IMG/VR virus record: IMGVR_UViG_3300028299_000006
Span: 6,758-70,757 of that record
DNA length: 64,000 nucleotides
Source: a virus
Reading direction: 5' to 3' (one strand)
The notes under the pieces were generated by a model. It saw only the letters and a list, made by a program, of their open reading frames with translations, did not search any database and was not told the DNA's origin. The translations under genes were made by a program, and so were the position numbers. Positions 31,723 through 37,832 of this stretch are shown one piece after another (the stretch's first letter is position 1; each line of letters begins with the position of its first letter).

Positions 31723-31800
31723 ATGATTAATTATTCACAAACAGGTAGACAGAGAACAGCCGTGGGGCAAACAGTCCCAACGACTGGTTGTACTATTTGA
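31723..31800 (+). CDS. Putative attenuator leader peptide MINYSQTGRQRTAVGQTVPTTGCTI
   Basis: GGAGGA SD at 31710-31715; stop codon inside the antiterminator 5' strand; codon content mirrors the downstream tRNAs. Confidence 0.75.
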   Translation: MINYSQTGRQRTAVGQTVPTTGCTI

Positions 31801-31871
31801 GTGTGGATGAACAAGCACTTTTCCCCCAATATATAGTCTGGTAAAACAGGCACCCACCATCCACACTCAAA
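31796..31871 (+). promoter_or_regulatory. Antiterminator stem (perfect 14 bp)
   Basis: TTTGAGTGTGGATG (31796-31809) is the exact reverse complement of CATCCACACTCAAA (31858-31871). Confidence 0.8.
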
Positions 31872-31898
31872 CCCCTCAAAAGGTTTGAGTGTTTTTTT
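31863..31898 (+). terminator. Intrinsic terminator, mutually exclusive with the antiterminator
   Basis: ACACTCAAACC / GGTTTGAGTGT stem, 8-nt loop, T7 tract 31892-31898. Confidence 0.85.
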
Positions 31899-31929
31899 AG
31901 GGGGATAGGTAAAAAAAACAAATAAACAA

Positions 31930-32070
31930 ATGGCAAAAAAAGTAGTAGCAGGTTTTAAGGAAAAGGGAGTTGGAAAGGAATATGTTAAGTTAATAACAAT
32001 GGTTAAAGGTAGGAGTGGGGGATGGAAATTTTTAGAGAAAATTGTAAGAAAAGATGAAATAATAAAATAA
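31930..32070 (+). CDS. DUF4295 / ribosomal protein bL38-like protein, 46 aa (missing from ORF track)
   Basis: MAKKVVAGFKEKGVGKEYVKLITMVKGRSGGWKFLEKIVRKDEIIK fits the Bacteroidota MAKK.VA...K.I.MVK...G...F.E pattern. Confidence 0.75.
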   Translation: MAKKVVAGFKEKGVGKEYVKLITMVKGRSGGWKFLEKIVRKDEIIK

Positions 32071-32073
32071 AAT

Positions 32074-32156
32074 GCCTGGTTCGCATAGTGATCGATTGCG
32101 CTGGATTTGTAACCCAGATCTGAAAAGACTCGTCAGTTTGAATCTGACACCAGGCT
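32074..32156 (+). tRNA. tRNA-Thr(UGU) with long variable arm
   Basis: GCCTGGT/ACCAGGC acceptor; CTGGA-TTTGTAA-CCCAG anticodon arm; GTCAG-TTTGAAT-CTGAC T arm. Confidence 0.75.
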
Positions 32157-32168
32157 CTGTAAATTTTT

Positions 32169-32882
32169 TTGGCTCTTGTTTTTTACTATATACATATAAA
32201 AACAATGAAATGGAATGATGATAAAGTAAAAGAGTTGAAAAAATTATTGAAAGATAATAAAACATACAAAGATATTGGTGAATATTTTAATATAACACCA
32301 CATTCAGTTAAATGTAAGATTCGTAAAATGAATCTTATATATAACAAACCAGTTAAAACTGAGGATAAATTTGTATGTTTGACATGTAATGAAGAGTTCT
32401 TTGATAAGTATGATAGAAAATTTTGTAGTAAATCTTGTTCTACGATTTATAATAATAGAAAACGAAAGATTATTAAATTTTGTTTGAATTGTAATGTGGA
32501 ACTAAGTAGAAGTAATAGAAAATTTTGTTCAAATAAATGTCAAAATGATTATGAATATTCAACATTTATAACAAAATGGAAAAATGGTGAGTTAAGTGGA
32601 ACAAGAGGAAATTACGGTACTTCAAGTAATATTAGAAGATATTTATTTGAAAAGTATGATAACAAATGTTCAAAATGTGGATGGGGGGTAATTAATGAAT
32701 ACACAGGTAAAATACCATTAGAAATTGAACATATTGATGGAAATAGTGAAAATAACAAAGAGGAAAATTTGACATTATTGTGTCCTAGTTGTCATTCATT
32801 AACAAAAACATATAAGGGTGCAAATAGAGGTAACGGTAGACATAATAGGAGAAAGAGATATTTGGAAAATAAATCATATTAA
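32169..32882 (+). CDS. HNH endonuclease with HTH and zinc-ribbon repeats (start probably MKWNDD)
   Basis: CSKCGW...LEIEHIDGNSENN..ENLTLLCPSCH. Confidence 0.88.
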   Translation: MALVFYYIHIKTMKWNDDKVKELKKLLKDNKTYKDIGEYFNITPHSVKCKIRKMNLIYNKPVKTEDKFVCLTCNEEFFDKYDRKFCSKSCSTIYNNRKRKIIKFCLNCNVELSRSNRKFCSNKCQNDYEYSTFITKWKNGELSGTRGNYGTSSNIRRYLFEKYDNKCSKCGWGVINEYTGKIPLEIEHIDGNSENNKEENLTLLCPSCHSLTKTYKGANRGNGRHNRRKRYLENKSY

Positions 32883-32910
32883 GGTTCTTTGACATATTGG
32901 AATAAAAAAT

Positions 32911-33012
32911 GAATGGGTGGCGGAAACGACATACGCACCAGACTCTAAACTGGAGTGGAATTATAGGAACGAGATAACTACCACAATACGGGTTTAAACC
33001 CCGTCCCATTTA
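32911..33012 (+). tRNA. Leu-type tRNA body with CUA anticodon (amber suppressor-like or degenerate)
   Basis: GAATGGG/CCCATTT acceptor, A73, CCAG-ACTCTAAA-CTGG arm, about 34-nt variable arm, ACGGG-TTTAAAC-CCCGT. Confidence 0.55.
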
Positions 33013-33018
33013 CAAATT

Positions 33019-33319
33019 CGGGATGTAGTTCAGTTGGCTAGAATACGCGGTTTGGGTCCGTGAGGTCGTAGGTTTAATGTTTGGACCCCTTTGATAGTAA
33101 TATCAAAATGAAAATCGGATGAATTGCTGGAAATCTAAGTTCGTGAGAATATGACAATCAGCAGCCAAGCTTTTGGTACACCAAAAGAAGGTTCAGAGAC
33201 TAGTGGAGAGATATAGTTCTCTTAATAACCACATAAGCGTCCGACATCCATTTATGGATGATGATATAGTCCAATCCTTATAGAAATATAAGGTAAGATT
33301 GCGAGTCCTATCATCCCGA
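33019..33319 (+). tRNA. tRNA-Pro(UGG) split by a group I intron in the T-loop (exons 33019-33074 and 33302-33319)
   Basis: CGGGATG/CATCCCG acceptor; CGCGG-TTTGGGT-CCGTG; joined T arm GTAGG-TT/CGAGT-CCTAT. Confidence 0.88.
33075..33301 (+). ncRNA. Group I intron, 227 nt, no ORF, at tRNA position 55/56
   Basis: P GAATTGCTGGAAA, Q AATCAGCAGCC, R GTTCAGAGACTA, S GATATAGTCC; follows U, ends in G; GGACC can form P1 with exon GGTT. Confidence 0.88.
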
Positions 33320-33324
33320 CATTT

Positions 33325-33593
33325 GGCCCCATAACATAACGGATAATGTACAAGTCTTTAAGAGAGGAGCTTTTATTGAGAAATTAATAAAATGGAATCT
33401 GTCAAATTCGGGGAAACCTTTAAAATGGTAATCCCGAGCCAAATCTCGAAAGAGAGAGGTGTAGAGACTAGACGGCAGACACCTAAGTTGTAAAATAAGG
33501 TGAAGGGATAGTCCAGACCACAAACAGAAATGGCAATAAAAATTGTAGTGGTAAGCTAAACTTGAAATCTAGGTTCGATTCCTAGTGGGGTCA
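33325..33593 (+). tRNA. tRNA-Arg(UCU) split by a group I intron in the anticodon (exons 33325-33358 and 33556-33593)
   Basis: GGCCCCA/TGGGGTC acceptor; joined CAAGT-CTT/CTAA-ACTTG; CTAGG-TTCGATT-CCTAG. Confidence 0.85.
33359..33555 (+). ncRNA. Group I intron, 197 nt, no ORF, at tRNA position 34/35
   Basis: P CAAATTCGGGGAAA, Q AATCCCGAGCC, R GTAGAGACTA, S GGGATAGTCC; terminal G. Confidence 0.88.
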
Positions 33594-33603
33594 CAAAATT
33601 AAC

Positions 33604-33680
33604 GAGGGCGTGGCCGAGCGGTCTAAGGCAACATTCTGCAAAAGTGTTTATAATCGTGGGTTCGAATCCCCCCGCCCTCT
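33604..33680 (+). tRNA. tRNA-Cys(GCA)
   Basis: GAGGGCG/CGCCCTC acceptor, U73, CTGCAAA loop, TTCGAAT. Confidence 0.9.
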
Positions 33681-33689
33681 CGAAATTAA

Positions 33690-33748
33690 AGAATACGAAC
33701 AGCAAATTAAAAGAAAATAGGCAAAACTTTCAACAAGACCGTATTCTG
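33690..33748 (+). ncRNA. ACAGCAAA stem motif, copy 1
   Basis: AGAATACG-AACAGCAAA...CGTATTCT-G; similar to 45359 and 45517. Confidence 0.55.
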
Positions 33749-33786
33749 TAAAGTTCTTTGACATATTTAATACAATAAATATCATT

Positions 33787-33842
33787 GCGCCATTAGCTCA
33801 GAGCCAGATTTGCCTTCCACATTTGGATATTCTCATGGCGTT
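33787..33842 (+). pseudogene. Degenerate tRNA-Gly-like remnant
   Basis: GCGCCAT/ATGGCGT acceptor and TAGCTCAGAGC, but D loop and T arm are lost. Confidence 0.45.
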
Positions 33843-33848
33843 CAAAAT

Positions 33849-33922
33849 GCAATAGTAGCTTAGTTGATTAAAGCGTAGCCTTGCCAAGGCTAAGATCGTG
33901 AGTTTGATCCTCACCTATTGCT
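33849..33922 (+). tRNA. tRNA-Gly(GCC)
   Basis: GCAATAG/CTATTGC acceptor; TAGCC-TTGCCAA-GGCTA. Confidence 0.9.
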
Positions 33923-33981
33923 CAAAATTCAACTATTATTTTGAGCTCCTTATTTTTTATATATAGAATTAAAAACTTATT

Positions 33982-34662
33982 ATGAAAAAATGGAATCAAG
34001 AAGATATAGAAAAATCTATTTCATTGCTAAAAAATGGTAAATCTTATGATGAAATAGGATTAATATTAGGAAGGAATGGTCAGTCAGTAAGATGCAAAAT
34101 AAGAAAATTTGGGATAAAATCTATAGATTATAGAAAGTTTGAAAAAGATAAAGAAAAAAAATGCTTGAATTGTGGTAACTTAATTTATGGGTATAAAAAG
34201 TTCTGTAATAATTCATGTTCAGCAATTTATAATAATATGAAAAGAAAAAAGGTTAGATATTGTTTAAATTGTGGTAACAAAATAGATAAAGGAATAAAAT
34301 ATTGTTCTGGTAAATGCCAGTTAGATTATCAGTATAATGATTATATAAAAAGATGGAAGAATAATGAAGTAGTGGGTAATAAAAAACCAGATGGTATTTC
34401 AAATTATATTAGAAAATATATTTTTGAAAAGTATGAGAATAAGTGTTGTAAATGTGAATGGCAGAAATTTAATAAACATACTAATAAAGTTCCATTACAA
34501 ATAGACCATATAGATGGTAACTATATGAATAATAAAGAAGAAAATTTGAGATTATTATGTCCAAATTGTCATTCATTAACAGAAAATTATGGTGGTAGAA
34601 ATAAAGGAAATGGGAGAAAATATAGACAAGAATGGAGAAATAAAAAGCGAGATGTAGCTTAA
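33982..34662 (+). CDS. HNH endonuclease, paralog of 32169; stop overlaps the next tRNA
   Basis: CCKCEW...LQIDHIDGN..NN..ENLRLLCPNCH. Confidence 0.88.
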   Translation: MKKWNQEDIEKSISLLKNGKSYDEIGLILGRNGQSVRCKIRKFGIKSIDYRKFEKDKEKKCLNCGNLIYGYKKFCNNSCSAIYNNMKRKKVRYCLNCGNKIDKGIKYCSGKCQLDYQYNDYIKRWKNNEVVGNKKPDGISNYIRKYIFEKYENKCCKCEWQKFNKHTNKVPLQIDHIDGNYMNNKEENLRLLCPNCHSLTENYGGRNKGNGRKYRQEWRNKKRDVA

Positions 34663-34719
34663 TGGATGAAAGCGTTGCCCTTCCAAGGCAAAGACGGGGT
34701 TCGATTCCCACATTTCGCT
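34647..34719 (+). tRNA. tRNA-Gly(UCC), atypical (possible 8-bp acceptor and 4-bp T stem)
   Basis: GCGAGATG/CATTTCGC; TTGCC-CTTCCAA-GGCAA; GGGG-TTCGATT-CCCA. Confidence 0.75.
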
Positions 34720-34795
34720 CAATGTGTCGGTATTCCCTGATTAATTTCAAATTATCGGTCTCGCTGGACAGAACGCGTCTGATTCCAGCCAACAC

Positions 34796-34869
34796 GCGGG
34801 GTTAGCTTAACAGAGTAAAGCGTCTAGTAATTCCAACTAGGAGATGAAGTTCAACCCTATCACCCCGCT
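34796..34869 (+). tRNA. tRNA-Gly-like gene with irregular anticodon and T arms (possibly pseudo)
   Basis: GCGGGGT/ACCCCGC acceptor, U73, CTAGTAATTCCAACTAG arm, bulged T stem. Confidence 0.55.
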
Positions 34870-34874
34870 CAAAT

Positions 34875-34947
34875 TGACCATTAGCGCAATTGGTAGAGCG
34901 TCAGATTTTGATTCTGAAGGTTGAAGGTTCGAGTCCTTCATGGTCAA
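34875..34947 (+). tRNA. tRNA-Gln(UUG)
   Basis: TGACCAT/ATGGTCA acceptor (U1-A72); TCAGA-TTTTGAT-TCTGA. Confidence 0.9.
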
Positions 34948-34980
34948 CAAATCTAATAAAATTTAATAAAATAAAATAAG

Positions 34981-35121
34981 ATGAGTAAAAAGGATATAAG
35001 AAAGAAATATAAATGTGGTGAAGTTATGGAATATGGAGTACTTTACTCAACAGGTAGATGGCTTAAAAGATATTTTGAAAAACGAACAACAAAACGGAAA
35101 CATAAAAAAATCTACGAGTAA
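34981..35121 (+). CDS. Small basic protein, 46 aa
   Basis: MSKKDIRKKYKCGEVMEYGVLYSTGRWLKRYFEKRTTKRKHKKIYE, ending just before tRNA-Glu. Confidence 0.5.
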   Translation: MSKKDIRKKYKCGEVMEYGVLYSTGRWLKRYFEKRTTKRKHKKIYE

Positions 35122-35196
35122 CGCCCGTTCGTCTAGTCGGTCTAGGACGCGAGATTCTCATTCTCGAAATCATCGGTTCGAATCCGATACGGGTGA
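35122..35196 (+). tRNA. tRNA-Glu(CUC)
   Basis: CGCCCGT/ACGGGTG acceptor; CGAGA-TTCTCAT-TCTCG. Confidence 0.9.
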
Positions 35197-35200
35197 CACT

Positions 35201-35275
35201 GGGGGTTGGGACTGCTAGGGTGGTCATCTCGCTTGCACCGAGAAAATCAGAGGGTTTCGAATACCCTAACCTCCA
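35201..35275 (+). tRNA. tRNA-Ala(UGC)
   Basis: GGGGGTT/AACCTCC with G3-U70; TCTCG-CTTGCAC-CGAGA. Confidence 0.85.
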
Positions 35276-35281
35276 CAAACG

Positions 35282-35353
35282 GGTCCCATCGTTCAAGGGA
35301 TAGGATGGAAATTTCCTAAATTTCTGATACTGGTTCGATTCCAGTTGGGATCA
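35282..35353 (+). tRNA. tRNA-Arg(CCU)
   Basis: GGTCCCA/TGGGATC acceptor; GAAAT-TTCCTAA-ATTTC. Confidence 0.9.
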
Positions 35354-35367
35354 CAAAAAGGAACTGA

Positions 35368-35571
35368 GAGAGAGTTATTTTTGCTTTTATTGATAAAAAA
35401 ATAGCTTTAGAGATAGACGGTAGAACACATGATGATGTAGATGTAATAGAAAAAGATAAAAAGAAAACAATTTTTTTAGAATCAAAAGGGTGGGCAGTTT
35501 ATAGAATAAAATGGTTTAATGATAGCAAACATTATGATAGATTAAAGGCTTTCATAGTTCAAGTGGTTTAG
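35368..35571 (+). pseudogene. C-terminal remnant of a Vsr/DUF559-type endonuclease
   Basis: No clear start; FAFIDKKIALEIDGRTH...KDKKKTIFLESKGWAVYRIKW. Confidence 0.7.
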
Positions 35572-35621
35572 AATGATAATTCGGTATGTTATAGATATCA
35601 GTTCGAATCTGATTGAAAGCT
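35548..35621 (+). tRNA. tRNA-Thr(GGU) with unusual C33
   Basis: GCTTTCA/TGAAAGC acceptor; ATAAT-TCGGTAT-GTTAT; TTCGAAT. Confidence 0.8.
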
Positions 35622-35727
35622 CAAGAACAAAAACACTGGAATTGCAAAACTAACAGTGAGACACCCACTAGCTTGCATGGGATTAAGTTAACCGCCACGG
35701 AAATGTCTTTAGTTTTTGTTCTAATTT

Positions 35728-35800
35728 GGGAGATTAGCTCAATTGGAAGAGTACTTGCGTTACATGCAAGGTGTTACTGGTTCGAGTCCAGTATCTCCCA
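35728..35800 (+). tRNA. tRNA-Val(UAC)
   Basis: GGGAGAT/ATCTCCC acceptor; CTTGC-GTTACAT-GCAAG. Confidence 0.9.
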
Positions 35801-35885
35801 CAAAATGATTAGGTTAGATTTGAAGGCCTGTCTTGCCCCATAGATTCTTAGAACAGAAAAAGATAAATCTATCCTAATCAAAAAA

Positions 35886-35960
35886 GCACCCTTAGCTCAG
35901 TCGGTTCAGAGCATTACTTTAACACGGTAGGGGTCGATGGTTCGAATCCATCAGGGTGCA
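35886..35960 (+). tRNA. tRNA-Val(AAC)
   Basis: GCACCCT/AGGGTGC acceptor; TTACT-TTAACAC-GGTAG; TTCGAAT. Confidence 0.8.
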
Positions 35961-35971
35961 CAAAAAATTCT

Positions 35972-36046
35972 GGGGGTTGGGACTGCTAGGGTGGTCATTT
36001 CATTCGCATTGAAAAAATCAGAGGGTTTCGAATACCCTAACCTCCA
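35972..36046 (+). tRNA. tRNA-Ala(CGC)
   Basis: Body identical to 35201 except the anticodon arm TTTCA-TTCGCAT-TGAAA. Confidence 0.85.
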
Positions 36047-36057
36047 CTCGGTTCAAA

Positions 36058-36954
36058 TTGGAATTTTTCCACTTTTTTATTTTAATATATAGTTGTATGA
36101 AAAAGTGTAAAAATATTGAATGTAATAATGAGGTTAATAAGAATAGAACATATTGTTCTTTGAAGTGTAGAAATATTTATGTAAATAAGTACCTAAGAGA
36201 CTACAATAAAAATTCTGAAGGACTAAAGAAAAAAAGTAAAGAATTAGAAGAAGAGTACAATAAAAGTCCCAAAAAATGCAAATATTGTAATGAGATAATA
36301 CCTTTTGATAAAAAAACAAATTCTTATTGTAATTCATCTTGCATGGCATCACATACAAACAAATTTAAAATTGGACTCAAAAGAAATTTTAGTGAAGAGG
36401 GATTAAAGAATATACAAGAAGCTAATAGAAAAAGAAGAGAATTACCAGATTATTATGATAATCCAAATAGATGTACGAATTGTGAAAAAGGTTTAGAATA
36501 TAAACGTAGAGATTGTAATTTTTGTGATAATCAATGCAAGAAAGAATATTTTTCAAAAAATCGAGAAGACTACAAGATTTATCATTCTTTAACAAAATTT
36601 AAATTTAATTTAGCCGATTATAAAGATGAATTTGATTTTGAATTATTAGAAAAATATGGAATTTACAAAGCTAGCAATAATGGAGATAATTTGAATGGTG
36701 TGAGTAGAGACCATAAATTTTCAGTAAAGGAAGGATTTAGAAGATTAATAAATCCATTATTATTATCACATCCAGTAAATTGTGAGTTACTAAAACATAA
36801 TGATAATATAAGTAAACTTGATAAATGTTCAATAACAATAGAAGAACTTTTGGATGAAATAAATAAATTTGATAATAAATATGGTAGATATTATAATGAC
36901 GAGTTAAAAATATTTATATCTACTGATGAAATGAAAGAATTATCAACAACTTAA
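36058..36954 (+). CDS. Zinc-ribbon repeat, HNH-like endonuclease (start probably 36097)
   Basis: Repeated CxxC...YCSxxC units; SRDHKFS...HPVNC...HNDN. Confidence 0.7.
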   Translation: MEFFHFFILIYSCMKKCKNIECNNEVNKNRTYCSLKCRNIYVNKYLRDYNKNSEGLKKKSKELEEEYNKSPKKCKYCNEIIPFDKKTNSYCNSSCMASHTNKFKIGLKRNFSEEGLKNIQEANRKRRELPDYYDNPNRCTNCEKGLEYKRRDCNFCDNQCKKEYFSKNREDYKIYHSLTKFKFNLADYKDEFDFELLEKYGIYKASNNGDNLNGVSRDHKFSVKEGFRRLINPLLLSHPVNCELLKHNDNISKLDKCSITIEELLDEINKFDNKYGRYYNDELKIFISTDEMKELSTT

Positions 36955-36966
36955 ACAAATAAAATT

Positions 36967-37140
36967 ATGAAAAAAATTATACATTTTGATGAAACAGAGA
37001 AATTATATTCAATATTTCTACTTGAAAAAGGTGGACCAATCATTAATGATGTGTCACTAGTTAAAGCGAATGAAAAATTTGATAACGCTTTACAATTATC
37101 TGAATCGGTTAAGAAATTTTTTGAATATAAAACAAAATAA
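36967..37140 (+). CDS. Small hypothetical protein, 57 aa
   Basis: MKKIIHFDETEKLYSIFLLEKGGPII..., co-oriented with neighbours. Confidence 0.5.
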   Translation: MKKIIHFDETEKLYSIFLLEKGGPIINDVSLVKANEKFDNALQLSESVKKFFEYKTK

Positions 37141-37190
37141 AAATTATGATAAATCACACTTTTTTCTAGTTTAAAAAAAACTAGAAAATT

Positions 37191-37481
37191 ATGGCAAACA
37201 AAGAAATTATGAAAACCACTTCAAATAGAAGTGTGTACAACAAATCAAGAAAAATTTATCTTGAAAGAAATGGTCTAATAAAATGTTCTCGTTGTCCTTA
37301 CCACAGAGTAGAGAATGATACAAGAAAATGGTATGGTGAACACGGATATTTCAAGAGAACTAGAAAACCAAATTGGAAATTGGTTTCTAAAAACAGAAAA
37401 CAATGGATGGAAAAACCATTAATGATTAAAAGAGACTATTTTGTATTAATAAATGAATATATTACAGAAATAGTTTTTTAA
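37191..37481 (+). CDS. Basic hypothetical protein with CxxCxxH
   Basis: CSRCPYH...EN, NWKLVSKNRKQW. Confidence 0.6.
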   Translation: MANKEIMKTTSNRSVYNKSRKIYLERNGLIKCSRCPYHRVENDTRKWYGEHGYFKRTRKPNWKLVSKNRKQWMEKPLMIKRDYFVLINEYITEIVF

Positions 37482-37508
37482 AAAAGAAATTATGAAAACA
37501 CTTTATAA

Positions 37509-37829
37509 TTGATTTTAATAAAATTCAAAATTTTTTTATTTATCACATATTTTTCGTATCTTTGTATTATGATTGCACCTAAGAAATATACAAAGGAAGA
37601 AATTTCCACTATTATAGAATCTTTGAGAAAGAAATTCCCAGAGGTTACTATAGAATTATATCACTCTGATCCACGATTCATTCGTTTTTGTGAGGTTGTC
37701 GGAGAACAACGAGTGGACACTATTCCCGTGTCAATATATCATACTGAGTATATACATATTGTTGAATGTGAAAAAATATTAAGAGAAACTAAAGGATTTA
37801 TAGAAATTCCATTTCCAGAAAAATTTTAA
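37509..37829 (+). CDS. Hypothetical protein (start probably MIAPKK)
   Basis: ORF downstream of a TATCTTTG box. Confidence 0.55.
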   Translation: MILIKFKIFLFITYFSYLCIMIAPKKYTKEEISTIIESLRKKFPEVTIELYHSDPRFIRFCEVVGEQRVDTIPVSIYHTEYIHIVECEKILRETKGFIEIPFPEKF

Positions 37830-37832
37830 AAG

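Noticed and set aside
31740-31900. T-box or metabolite riboswitch explanation of the tRNA-operon leader
   Set aside because: No T-box AGGUGGNACCGCG-like motif or aptamer consensus recognised; an SD-led ORF ending in the antiterminator fits translational attenuation better. An Rfam search is still needed.
32074-32156. tRNA-Tyr(GUA) call because of the long variable arm
   Set aside because: Centring GTA in a 7-nt loop destroys the anticodon stem; the CTGG/CCAG pairing centres TGT and the GCC start fits Thr.
34724-34795. Selenocysteine or opal suppressor tRNA (TCA in loop)
   Set aside because: No D arm or TTCG T-loop; not a cloverleaf. Kept only as an unexplained structure.
32032-35843. ORF-track entries 32032, 32785, 33311, 34481, 35015, 35063 and 35613
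   Set aside because: They overlap tRNA genes or introns and have no protein-like features.
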